Assembly: GCA_966252305.1 (NCBI GenBank)
Contig: CBINOO010000002.1
Coordinates: forward strand, 20,089 to 84,088
Source: an uncultured Acidimicrobiia bacterium
GTDB lineage: Bacteria; Acidobacteriota; Vicinamibacteria; Vicinamibacterales; SCN-69-37
Length of the DNA stretch: 64,000 nucleotides
Reading direction: 5' to 3'
Each line of letters starts with the position of its first letter. Within the stretch, counting starts at the first letter, position 1. The notes under the pieces are model-generated. The model worked only from the letters and a program-made list of their open reading frames with translations, did not search any database and was not told the origin of the DNA. Below are positions 51,854 to 61,300 of this stretch, piece after piece. The position numbers and the translations under genes are program-made.

Positions 51854-51923
51854 CTCCGGGACTCCGGCACCTCGGAACCCCGGCACCTCGGCACCTCGGA
51901 ACTTCGGAACTTCGGAACCTCGC
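51852..51923. repeat. Tandem octamer array (NACYYCGG, 9 units, 72 bp) filling the OsmC to DUF1624 gene gap
   Basis: Units: aactccgg gactccgg cacctcgg aaccccgg cacctcgg cacctcgg aacttcgg aacttcgg aacctcgc. Confidence 0.85.
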
Positions 51924-51924
51924 C

Positions 51925-52977
51925 TTGCGCCGCAGATACGTCGACTGGCTTCGTGGCGTTGCCGTGCTGATCATGATTGAGTGGCACGCGGTTGACGCAT
52001 GGACGGCGACGGCTGAGCGTGACCGTGATCTGTTCTGGTGGCTCGGTTTCATCGGCGGCTGGGCCGCGCCATTGTTCCTGTTCCTGGCCGGGCTGGCGTT
52101 GCCACTGGCGGCCGCCGCGCAACGTCAGCGGGGCCGATCGGCCGACGAGGCCGGGCAGGGGCTGCAGCGACGCGGTTGGCAGATCTTCGTGTACGCACAT
52201 GTGTTTCGGTTGCAGTCCTATCTGCTCAACCCGAACGCCGTGTGGCACGGCGTGCTCACGCCCGACATCCTGAACATCCTCGGCCTGGGCATCGTGCTCG
52301 TTGCGTCATGTCTTCGGTGGGCGCGCACCGGCGTGGCGCGTGCAGCTGCTCTCGGGGGACTGCTGCTGACCGTGCTGATCCTCACACCCTACAGCCGGCT
52401 CTGGCAGTGGCCGGATGTCCTGCATCCTCGACTCGAGGCCTACATTCGTCCCAATGGCGGCTTCGGGCAGTTCTCCCTGTTTCCCTGGCTGACGTATCTC
52501 ATCGCGGGTGGCCTCGTAGGTCTCTGGATGGCGCGCGAACGAGCCGAGACGGAGGAATCGCACTTTCATGCGCAGCTCGCGCTCGCCGGCCTGCTGTGTA
52601 TGGCTGCCGGCTGGTTTGGCGCCTACCTGCCCGCCATCCTTCCCACCAGCGGCGGCACCTCCTGGTCGTTCCTGATCGGCCGCATTGGCACGATGATGCT
52701 CATGCTGGTGGTGGCCTGGCTGTGGATGACCCGGCCAACCGCCTCCCGCTGGAGTCCGATGGTCGTGTTCGGCCAGACGTCATTGTTCGTGTACTGGGTG
52801 CACGTCGAGTTGGCGTACGGTCTGCTCAGTGTCACCATTCACCGGTCGTTCACCATCGCGGAGTCGCTGATCGCTTATGGCGCCTTTACGCTCTTCATGC
52901 TTGGCCTTGCCGTCTGGTGGCAGCGGCGGAGCACCCAACCATGGATCCCCGCTCACCTGAAAGCTCAGGGCGCGTGA
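51925..52977 (+). CDS. DUF1624 / HGSNAT-like membrane acyltransferase family protein
   Basis: RRRYVDWLRGVAVLIMIEWHAVDAW is the typical N-terminal motif. About 9 TM helices. Start assumed at TTG 51925; TTG 51787 inside the OsmC gene is the only in-frame alternative. Confidence 0.75.
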   Translation: MRRRYVDWLRGVAVLIMIEWHAVDAWTATAERDRDLFWWLGFIGGWAAPLFLFLAGLALPLAAAAQRQRGRSADEAGQGLQRRGWQIFVYAHVFRLQSYLLNPNAVWHGVLTPDILNILGLGIVLVASCLRWARTGVARAAALGGLLLTVLILTPYSRLWQWPDVLHPRLEAYIRPNGGFGQFSLFPWLTYLIAGGLVGLWMARERAETEESHFHAQLALAGLLCMAAGWFGAYLPAILPTSGGTSWSFLIGRIGTMMLMLVVAWLWMTRPTASRWSPMVVFGQTSLFVYWVHVELAYGLLSVTIHRSFTIAESLIAYGAFTLFMLGLAVWWQRRSTQPWIPAHLKAQGA

Positions 52978-54710
52978 GCCGCCGGCGCGCGCCGCTGGTC
53001 TTGGGCGCGGTGATGTCGCTGGCCCTTGGCGCGCAGGACGGCTGGCGACCCGTGGCGTTGACGATGCCGCAGCCGCAAGGGTCGTCGGTATTGGCCGGTT
53101 GTGTCGCCGATACCGACACGCCCGCATTTCGTGTCGGCGCCGGCGGAATGCCCGCGGTGGAAGCCATGTGCGGCCGGCAGACGCTCGTCCGCTGCAATGT
53201 CCCCGGCCTGGAGCCGCTCGACGTTGACCTCGATCAGCTTTGTCGTGGACGAGATTACCGCCTCGTGTCCACCGAACGGTCTGTGGTCCCAAGCTGGGCG
53301 CTTCGCGTGCCGGCCACGATCGAGTGGCGCGGCTGGCGCGACGGCGTGTCCTACCTGATCGCCACCAGGCGCGTGGATGCGCAGTCGGTGGAGCCGTGGC
53401 CGCTCTCCGCGGAACTTCGGCTGCTCAGGGTGGTCCGGCCCGATTCATCGCCGGTCACGTTCGTGATTCCTCACGCTGATGGGGAGGCCGTTGACGTCAC
53501 TGTGGCCGTACCCCCAGCGCAACCTGGAGGCGAGTTGCTGATTGCGCTCGCCGACAACGAGCGGCAGGTGCCGACGCTGGTCGTGCGCGGACAGGAAACT
53601 CGCGTGGTGGGCATCAACGGCGCGCCGGTCGTGGCGGTGTCCGGCCTTCCGGCCGGAGACTACGAGGTCACCCTTGGATCCCTTGACGTCGCGCTCAGCG
53701 CGCCCACAGCCGTTCGTGTCATCGAGGGCGACACGGTGGAGATGTCCTCGCGCCTGCCGGTGGTGGCCGGCGAATATCGCATCAGCGGAACCGTGACGCT
53801 CAACGGTGAACCGCTCCGCCGGCGCACGTTGTGGCTGTCCCACCTGTCCACGGATGCGGTGCGCTCGGTGACAACCGACGATCGCGGTCGGTACGCGGTC
53901 ACGGTCGATCGCGAGGGCCGGTATGTCGTTCGTGCCCACGAGGAGGATCTCGGCTACGCGTCGAAGGACACAGTCGTCCAACTCGGGGACAACGTTGTTG
54001 ATCTCGATCTCACCGGCGGAGATCTGGATGTCGCGTTTTCGATGCAGGGATCGCCTGCGCAGGACGGTGCTCGCGTGACGTTCACGCTTGACGGCCCCAT
54101 CCGGTTCTCGGCGGCGGTCGATCCCGCGACGCCGCTGCAATTGACGATGCTGCCCGTCGGCACGTACACCATCGCGGCGTCAACCGCGCCGGACCTTGTC
54201 GCAGACACGGCCATTGTCACCATCGATGCCACGGGGCAGACGCGGCGCCTGTTGCTCGACCTGCGTCCACAGGGCGCATCCCTGCGTATCGTGGACACAC
54301 CGGGTGTGCGCGCCCGTGCCGGACGGAGCATCCTTCGATCGCCGGCCAATGACGGCACGTTTGACGTGCGACAGGTCTCGCCGGGCACCGAAATCATCGG
54401 ACGCGCGCCGGGGCGCGTGCCGGGCTGTGTCAAACTCGCGCCTGGAGTCGCGCACGTCCTCGCGCTCGGCACGGAGACCGCTGCGATCACCTTCCACTTC
54501 GCCGGCGCGTCAACAATGCGCGTGCCCTCCGGCCGCGTCCGGCTCTCGGTCGTGGACCAGTGCACCGTTCCGCTCGAAGAGTTCGAATGGAGGCGGGTGC
54601 CCGACGGTTTCGAGATCCTCAATTTCCCGCGTGGCGTGCCGGTCGTGTATGAACTCCAGGGCCTGACGATGGAGGTCGTCGCTCCGTCTGGTCCCGTGGT
54701 GGTGAAGTGA
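52974..54710 (+). CDS. Secreted multi-beta-sandwich protein, paralog A (no family recognised)
   Basis: GTGA overlap with the upstream gene. Signal peptide RRRAPLVLGAVMSLALGA. CarboxypepD_reg-like strands (GDYEVTLG, GEYRISGTVTLNGEPL, DDRGRYAV, GTYTIAAS). The C-terminal module is shared with the next two genes. Confidence 0.75.
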   Translation: MSRRRAPLVLGAVMSLALGAQDGWRPVALTMPQPQGSSVLAGCVADTDTPAFRVGAGGMPAVEAMCGRQTLVRCNVPGLEPLDVDLDQLCRGRDYRLVSTERSVVPSWALRVPATIEWRGWRDGVSYLIATRRVDAQSVEPWPLSAELRLLRVVRPDSSPVTFVIPHADGEAVDVTVAVPPAQPGGELLIALADNERQVPTLVVRGQETRVVGINGAPVVAVSGLPAGDYEVTLGSLDVALSAPTAVRVIEGDTVEMSSRLPVVAGEYRISGTVTLNGEPLRRRTLWLSHLSTDAVRSVTTDDRGRYAVTVDREGRYVVRAHEEDLGYASKDTVVQLGDNVVDLDLTGGDLDVAFSMQGSPAQDGARVTFTLDGPIRFSAAVDPATPLQLTMLPVGTYTIAASTAPDLVADTAIVTIDATGQTRRLLLDLRPQGASLRIVDTPGVRARAGRSILRSPANDGTFDVRQVSPGTEIIGRAPGRVPGCVKLAPGVAHVLALGTETAAITFHFAGASTMRVPSGRVRLSVVDQCTVPLEEFEWRRVPDGFEILNFPRGVPVVYELQGLTMEVVAPSGPVVVK

Positions 54711-56392
54711 TGGTGTCGCCTCTGCTGGTGTCCACCGTGCTCGCGGCCACGACATGGTTTGCCACGGGAACAGTGGTTGTCGACATCGAAGAAAGCGCGG
54801 TGCAACCCGTGTCGATTCGCCTCGCTGGCCCCGCAGCGGGCGAGTGGCCGCTCGAGGGGCGATCCCGTGTCGTGTTGGCCGGCCTCGCTCCGGGCGAGTA
54901 TTCGGTGACGCCGGTGTTTGCCGGCAAGACCACGCCGTTCAACCCGAAGGTGGAGGTCCGCGCCGCGACGATACAGTCCCTGCGCGTGCCAACGGCGGCG
55001 TACGGTGGCGTGCGGCTTGATGCCGACGCCGGCATGTGTGAGTCGGACGATCCGTGGCAACTCGTGTCCGTGACGATGACGGTCGCGATGCCGGGCGGGC
55101 GGACGCGGAGCCAGCACATGACCAACGTGCAGGCGGCCACTCACACGTGTGTGCGTGAGCTTGGCGGGCTCCTGCCGGGCAGGTATCAGTTCAAGGTCAC
55201 GCCGCCCGCAGCTCGCATGCCGGCGTTCACCATCGCTTTCACTGTGGCCGCCGGAAAGTGGACGGAGGAGCGGCTGGCAGCGCCGCCCGTTGTGGTGCGC
55301 GGACAGGTGACGTATGCCGGCGAGCCGTTGTCAGGAGTGACCGTTGGCTTCGTGCCGGAGGGAGTTCCCACGCCGCCTGCGAGGCCGGCCGAACTGGAGA
55401 CGTGGTTGACCTCGTCCATGGGCGCCTTTTTCGTCAACCGGACAGACGAAGGCGGTCGCTTTGCACTGGCCGTCGTCCGGTCCGGAACCCATGTGCCGCA
55501 GGCCTCGAACGTGTTGGGCCCCCTCGATGTCCAGCATCCAGCCACCGCGATCGACCTTGCTGCCGGCATCAACGAAGTGGACATCCGCCTTGGTGGCGCC
55601 CGCCTCAGCGTCGAACTTCGACGATCCGACCGGAACAACACACAGCCGATTGCAGCTGCAGTCGTCGTGCACCATATCCGCGGTGCGTCGAGAACCCTGG
55701 CCGTCAACGACGTCAACCAGGCCACGACGATCGATGCGTTGCCACTCGGGATGTACTCCGTCACTGCCAGTGGTACCACCGCCGACGGGCAGGGGAACCC
55801 CGTCACTCTCGTTGCGTCCCGGGTGCAAAACGTCACGGTCGCAGAGGCCGGCGCATCAGTGGTGCTCGAACTGGTTGAACGCGCAGCCATACTTGAAGTC
55901 CTTGATGCGGTGGGAAGCCCGCTGGACGGCGCGTCGATTGTGCCAAGGCCGGCCACAGAGACGATCAAGACCGACGCCGCAGGCCGCGCGGCCATTGACC
56001 GCCTGGCGGTTGGCACGGAGGTCACGATCCGGAGCCGCACCTGGGACACCACCTGTCACGTCGTGAGCGACCAGCCGCTCCAACGCGTCGTGATTCCCGC
56101 GGCGACTGCGGAGGTGCTCCTTACTTGGCCCGTTGAGCCTGAGCGTGCATCGTCTGTTGTCCTTCCGCCGGGCGCGACAGCCGCGCGAGCCAAGGGACCT
56201 TTCGCAGGCGCACGGATTTCCGGTCTGCTCGGGGCCGGCTGCGTTATTCCGCTGTCCTCGATGTCGGTGGCCACGGTTCGTGTGCCCCGGCCCGGACTGA
56301 TGATCAACCTGCCGCCGGGCGCGTACACGATCACGCTGGCCGATGGCCGCGAGTTCGCATTCACGGCGCCCGGGCGTCTTGAGGTGAAGTGA
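54707..56392 (+). CDS. Secreted multi-beta-sandwich protein, paralog B
   Basis: GTGATG overlap. Hydrophobic N-terminus. GEYSVTP, GRYQFKV, TDEGGRFAL. C-terminal module GTEVTIRSRTWDTTCHVV..GAGCVIPL..LPPGAYTITL..APGRLEVK. Confidence 0.75.
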   Translation: MMVSPLLVSTVLAATTWFATGTVVVDIEESAVQPVSIRLAGPAAGEWPLEGRSRVVLAGLAPGEYSVTPVFAGKTTPFNPKVEVRAATIQSLRVPTAAYGGVRLDADAGMCESDDPWQLVSVTMTVAMPGGRTRSQHMTNVQAATHTCVRELGGLLPGRYQFKVTPPAARMPAFTIAFTVAAGKWTEERLAAPPVVVRGQVTYAGEPLSGVTVGFVPEGVPTPPARPAELETWLTSSMGAFFVNRTDEGGRFALAVVRSGTHVPQASNVLGPLDVQHPATAIDLAAGINEVDIRLGGARLSVELRRSDRNNTQPIAAAVVVHHIRGASRTLAVNDVNQATTIDALPLGMYSVTASGTTADGQGNPVTLVASRVQNVTVAEAGASVVLELVERAAILEVLDAVGSPLDGASIVPRPATETIKTDAAGRAAIDRLAVGTEVTIRSRTWDTTCHVVSDQPLQRVVIPAATAEVLLTWPVEPERASSVVLPPGATAARAKGPFAGARISGLLGAGCVIPLSSMSVATVRVPRPGLMINLPPGAYTITLADGREFAFTAPGRLEVK

Positions 56393-57261
56393 TCCGGCTG
56401 CTGGTCGTGCTGGTGATGGCTGCGGGCCTGCAGGCGCCGGCGACCGGCACCGTCCGCCTGTCGTTCGGCGAAAACGGCAGGGTTGGGACCACCGCCCTGA
56501 TGGGCTCGATCTACTTCGAAGTGCTGGGCGGCGGAGTGCGGGAGTTTCCGGTTCGTGATTTCAGTCGACCGATTGAAATCCCCCGGCTGGCACCTGGAAC
56601 GTACCGGTTCTCCGTCGTCGCACAGACAACCACTCGGGCGCTGGTGTCGGCGGAAGTCGCGGTCGGAACCATTCGGAGCGCGGGAGACGTCGTCGATCTC
56701 ACCATCAACCTCATCGAACGTAAAGGCACCATTCGTGTGATCAACAGCCTCGGTGTACCGGTGGCCGGCGCGCACTTCTACACACGACCGCCGGCGGTGA
56801 GCAGCAGCGCCGACGAATCGGGACGTATTCCACTCGCGCTGCTTGCCGCAGGCACCGAGCTCACGGTCCGCACGATCGACTGGGGCATGACCTGTCACCT
56901 CGTGACGGCCAACGCGCAGCAGACCATCGTTGTGCCTGATGCTGTCGAAGAGCTCGTCATCGCCACGCCGATCGTTCCGCCTGATGCCCTGCTGCGTCGG
57001 CGCCACATCGTCTCGTCTCCGCTGCTGGCCGGAGCATCGATCGCGGGAATTCCCGGCGCTGACTGCGCAGTTCCCCTTGCACACTTTCCGGTGACGCTGG
57101 CGAACCACAACGGCCACACCGAACACACGGTGCTGCTCCCGTTTGGTGAGTACACGCTCCGGATGCCGACTGGTCGCGTGATTCCCGTATCGGCGCCTGG
57201 GCGAGTCGACGTCACCACCGGGCTCCCCCCTTTACCGGTTGTGGCCGAACCCGATCGGTAG
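56389..57261 (+). CDS. Secreted beta-sandwich protein, paralog C
   Basis: GTGA overlap. Signal peptide MIRLLVVLVMAAGLQA. GTYRFSV. C-terminal module GTELTVRTIDWGMTCHLV..GADCAVPL..LPFGEYTLRM..APGRVDV. Confidence 0.75.
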   Translation: MIRLLVVLVMAAGLQAPATGTVRLSFGENGRVGTTALMGSIYFEVLGGGVREFPVRDFSRPIEIPRLAPGTYRFSVVAQTTTRALVSAEVAVGTIRSAGDVVDLTINLIERKGTIRVINSLGVPVAGAHFYTRPPAVSSSADESGRIPLALLAAGTELTVRTIDWGMTCHLVTANAQQTIVVPDAVEELVIATPIVPPDALLRRRHIVSSPLLAGASIAGIPGADCAVPLAHFPVTLANHNGHTEHTVLLPFGEYTLRMPTGRVIPVSAPGRVDVTTGLPPLPVVAEPDR

Positions 57262-57276
57262 AATGCTCGGCCTTCC

Positions 57277-58266
57277 ATGTTGGCCATCGTGCAATCCGGG
57301 TTTGGTGATCCACACAAAGTACTGGCGCTGACTGAGATCGATCAACCCGAGTCGTCAGACAATGACGTCATCGTTCAGGTCCAGGCCGTCGGCATCGCCA
57401 AGGGTACGTGGTTGATGACGATGGGACTGCCGTACATTGCGCGGCCGATGTATGGGTTCCGGACGCCCAAGCAGCGCGTTGCCGGCCTGCAGTTTGCAGG
57501 AATTGTTGCGGCGGTTGGCGCTGCCGTCACCACCGTTTCTGTGGGTGACACGGTGTTCGGGTTGCACGGTGGCACGCTCGCCGAGTACATCACCACGCCG
57601 GCGGCGATGGTGGTCCCCGTCCCGCTCAATATCAGCGTCGAACAAGCGTCGGTGACTCCCGTCTCGGGCATCACAGCCCTGCAGGCCGTTCGTGACGCAG
57701 GCCAGGTTCGCCCGGGCCAGCGTGTGCTCGTCCTTGGAGCGTCAGGAGGCGTCGGGTCATTTGTCGTGCAGATCGCGAAAGCGTCCGGCGCAGACGTCTC
57801 GGCCGTCGCCAGCGCCCGGAATGCTGCCCTGCTCAGGGAGATCGGCGCGGATCAGACGATCGACTACACCGCCGCGGATCCGCTTGCGGGCAGTCCTGGC
57901 TACGACGTCATCATCGATATCGCCGGCAACCGGCCTGTCTCGCGCATGCGCGCGGCGCTGGGCGCATCCGGCACGCTGGTCATCGTCGGTGGCACCGGCG
58001 GGAGAACCACGATGGGGTTTGGCCGAACGGTTGGCGGCATCATCGTGGGGAAGTTCGTGCGTCACCGGATCGTTGGACTCATCTCCGATCCGTCACCCAG
58101 GGACCTGGCCGCCCTGGCGGCGCTGATGGCCAGCGGGCGGGTCGTGCCTGTGGTGCACCCGGCGCCGTATCCCATGGCACGGGCGGCTGACGCCTTCGAT
58201 GCCGTTTGGACCGGACGTGGTGCCGGGACGCCGGTGGTCACACTCGGGGGCATCGCCCAGGTGTGA
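57277..58266 (+). CDS. Medium-chain dehydrogenase/reductase, NADPH:quinone oxidoreductase-like
   Basis: GDTVFG.., VLVLGASGGVGSFVVQIAK nucleotide-binding motif, about 329 aa. Confidence 0.85.
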   Translation: MLAIVQSGFGDPHKVLALTEIDQPESSDNDVIVQVQAVGIAKGTWLMTMGLPYIARPMYGFRTPKQRVAGLQFAGIVAAVGAAVTTVSVGDTVFGLHGGTLAEYITTPAAMVVPVPLNISVEQASVTPVSGITALQAVRDAGQVRPGQRVLVLGASGGVGSFVVQIAKASGADVSAVASARNAALLREIGADQTIDYTAADPLAGSPGYDVIIDIAGNRPVSRMRAALGASGTLVIVGGTGGRTTMGFGRTVGGIIVGKFVRHRIVGLISDPSPRDLAALAALMASGRVVPVVHPAPYPMARAADAFDAVWTGRGAGTPVVTLGGIAQV

Positions 58267-58267
58267 G

Positions 58268-58306
58268 AAAGAAAAAAGCCGGGCACTGCATGTCGCAGTG
58301 CCCGGC
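58268..58306 (-). terminator. Intrinsic terminator of the M14 gene
   Basis: 12-bp perfect GC-rich stem GCCGGGCACTGC / GCAGTGCCCGGC with a 5-nt loop. On the minus strand it is followed by TTTTTTCTTT. Confidence 0.8.
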
Positions 58307-58330
58307 CGTGTGAGTGCCGATCGTGTCGGT

Positions 58331-61300
58331 TTACTTGTCGTTCCAGTTCACGATCGAGTTGAACACCATGTTGAACTCGCCGTGGTTCTGCCATCGGTAG
58401 ATCGGGTTGTTCGCGAACAGGATGACGCGGCCCTTGCCGTTGTAGGCGTTGGGGACGTCAATCGCGATTGGGCGTCCGGCCAGGGTGTCGGCGCCGGTCA
58501 TCAAACCCGAGATCACTGCCGCATCGCCGCCCTTGTAGCGCGCGAGCACGTTGCCCTGCTCGGCCAGGCCGGTGCGCAGGAACGGGCCGTTGACGTACTT
58601 CACGGCGAACTCGGGCTTGCCGTAGCCGTAGAAGACCGGGTGTTCCGGCTTCGAGATCTCGGCTTCGACCAGCGGGCGTTGAGCGGAGATCCCTGATACC
58701 TGGTCGGTGTCGACCGTGCGGGTGAACCCGAACTCAATCGGGAAGCGGACGGCGTTGTGCGCCGCGATCAGGGTGCCGCCCGCCTCGAGGAACGCGGCGA
58801 ACGCATCCACACCGGCCTGTCCGAAGCCGCCCGTGACGTTGTCGCTCTCTCCATACATGCCGAGGAACTGGAACTTGTCCGTCTTCTTGTAGGGCACGGC
58901 GCGCGCGGCGGGCTCCTGCATCACCGACTGCCTGTTGATGCCCTGATACGCCATGACAATCACGTCATAGTCGTTCTTCAGGTTGCCCTGCATCACGCGC
59001 TCCTTGTAGATCAGGTCGAACGGGATGCCGAACTGATCAAACGCGTGACGATACCAGCCCAGTTCCTGCGTGCCGCTCCACTGCGAGTAGATCGCCACCC
59101 GGGGCACGTCCGCGTCGTGCGTTTCGACCGTCGGCACCGACGCCAGCGCCGCCGCCGTCAAGCCGTACTTCTCGACCGCTGCACGCGCGCCCGCGATGTT
59201 GGTGGTGACGATGAAGGAGCCGGCGGGGAATTCAATCCCACCCGCGGTGAAGCTCTTGCGCGCGACTTTCATCGGCGTGTCCTTCATTGCGAAGCGGAAC
59301 GAGATCATGTTGTTCGAGCCGAAGTGGGCGACGGCCAGCGCCGCCGATCCGGATCCGGAGAGGCTGGCGCCGTGGGTGGACTGCTTGACCAGCGTCATCG
59401 GCACTTCCAGGATCTGGGCGTCCGCAATCTCCACGACATTGACACCCATCGCCGGTCCCATCGTCCAGCCCGAGTCGTCGTAGGTGGAGAGTCGCTCGTC
59501 GGGGTAGTCCTGCTTTTCGAGCAGGTTCTTGGCGAGGCTCCAGTACGGCTGGCCGGCCTTTACGACGTAGGAGCCCGCCGGGTACTTCTGATCGCCCAGC
59601 GTGAACTCGCTCTTGGCCTGATGTACTTCAATGCCCTGAATCGCGAAGATGCGGAGCATCTCGGCGACGCGCGTCATGTCGCGCTGCACGGGGATGACGT
59701 ACGCGTGCGGCGGTTCTTCGAGGCCGCGCTGAATCGAGTTGCGCGTCTTGATGTAGAAGTTCTCGAGGACGAGATTCGGCACCATCGAGGTGAACTGCAG
59801 CGACGAGAGCACACCCGTCTGCATGTAGTTCGTGTTGTTGCGTCGCGAAAAGTTCGCGACGGCATCCGGCGGCACCGGCAGGCCGCGGTACCATTCGCGC
59901 GGCTGGCTGCCACCGGCGCCCGTGGGCACGCCCCCGGCGCGACCGCCGCCTCCGCCGCCGGCACGGCCCGCACCGGCGCGACCGCCCGCGGCGGCCCCGC
60001 CTGCGCGACCTTGTGGGGCGCCCGCGCGTCCACCGGCGCCTTCACCCGCCTGCGCGTCACCGCCGCGGCCACCACGGGCACCCGCGGCCTGACCCCGCCC
60101 ACCTGCGCCACCTTCGCGCCCCGCCGCGGCGTTTGCTTCACGCTGCGCACGGTTGTCGTTGCCCGACTGGGTCTCGTACATCTTCATCATGCCGTTGTGG
60201 TTGTAGGCGATCGAGCCGAGGTAACCCGGCGACCACCCATCCATGAAGGCGTGGGTATACACGCCCGGCATGCCGTACTTCGTCATCTGCGAGAGTTCGT
60301 AGTCGGCCCACAGGCGGAGATCGGCAAAGAGGATCGGATCCAGGTTCGGGTTCTGGGGCGGACCACCGCTGTAGGTGTAGAGCAGGGTCAACGATTCATG
60401 CAGGTCGTGCATGATGGGCGGGTACGCGGTGAAGTACCAGTCGCCCAGTGCGCGCATCTGCACCTGCGAGAGATTAATGTCGCGGTTGTTGTCGTGGTAG
60501 ACGTATTTGCCCCAGTACGGAATGGCGGCGCCGCCGCCGCGCCCGCCACCACCGCCGCCGGCGCCTGCGGCACCAGCTCCACGGCCGCCAGCGCCCGTGG
60601 CCGCGGCCTGCAGGTCACGGGTCTGGAACGTCCAGTCGAGGTTGCGGTCGCGTCCGTCCGCGTCGGCCACCGGTGTCACCGACACGATGACGTTGTCTCG
60701 AATCTGGTTGATGGTCGGCGACGTCTCGACCGCAAGGCGGTAGACCAGCTCCATCAGCATCTCGGGGGGGCCCAGCTCGCCTGAGTGGAGGCCGCCCATG
60801 AGGTGGTAGTGCGGCTTCGTGTTGCTGATGAGCCTGCGCACCTCGGCGTCGTTCAGGCCGCGGGGGTCGGCCAGCCGCTTGAGGTTGTCGCGGTTCTGCT
60901 GGAGGTTCTTGATGTTGGCATCCGAGGACACCCACACCACCACCAGTTCGCGGCCTTCATCAGACCGGCCGATGGTCTCGACCCGCACCCGGGGGGTGGC
61001 CGCCGCCAGCGCCCGGTAGTACTTCAGGATGTCGGCGTAATAGGTCAGTTTTTCGGGGGCCCCGATGTAGTACCCCAGGACGTCCTTCGGGGTGGGGATG
61101 CCCGGGGCAAGGGGGAGATGGTCGACCAGGGGGGACCCATACATCGGGTCGCCGGTCCACTCCTTGTAGAGTTTCGCGAATTCTTCGTCCTGTGCCTGCT
61201 TGGGATCCCGGGTATCGGTGACCCACTGCTGGGCCGGCAAGGTCGCTACGGTCAGGGAGAAGACGGCGACGCCCAGGGCGCAGACGCCCAGGACGGTGCG

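Noticed and set aside
51385-51923. I asked whether the two short repeat arrays flanking the OsmC gene could be a CRISPR array or a mobile-element boundary.
   Set aside because: The units are only 8-10 bp, are directly tandem with no spacers, and the two arrays have unrelated sequences. No cas, transposase or integrase genes are present. They are reported as simple tandem repeats instead.
52038-52973. N-terminal 312 aa of ORF 52038..54710, overlapping the DUF1624 gene.
   Set aside because: It is in a different frame from a gene with a clear family motif and TM helices, and its sequence is Arg/Pro-rich. The real gene starts at the GTGA overlap at 52974 with a proper signal peptide.
58757-60784. 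675-aa plus-strand ORF antisense to the M14 peptidase gene.
   Set aside because: It has Arg/Gly/His-rich nonsense composition. The minus strand gives a coherent M14-like protein with a signal peptide, an HxxE motif and an AGGAG site.
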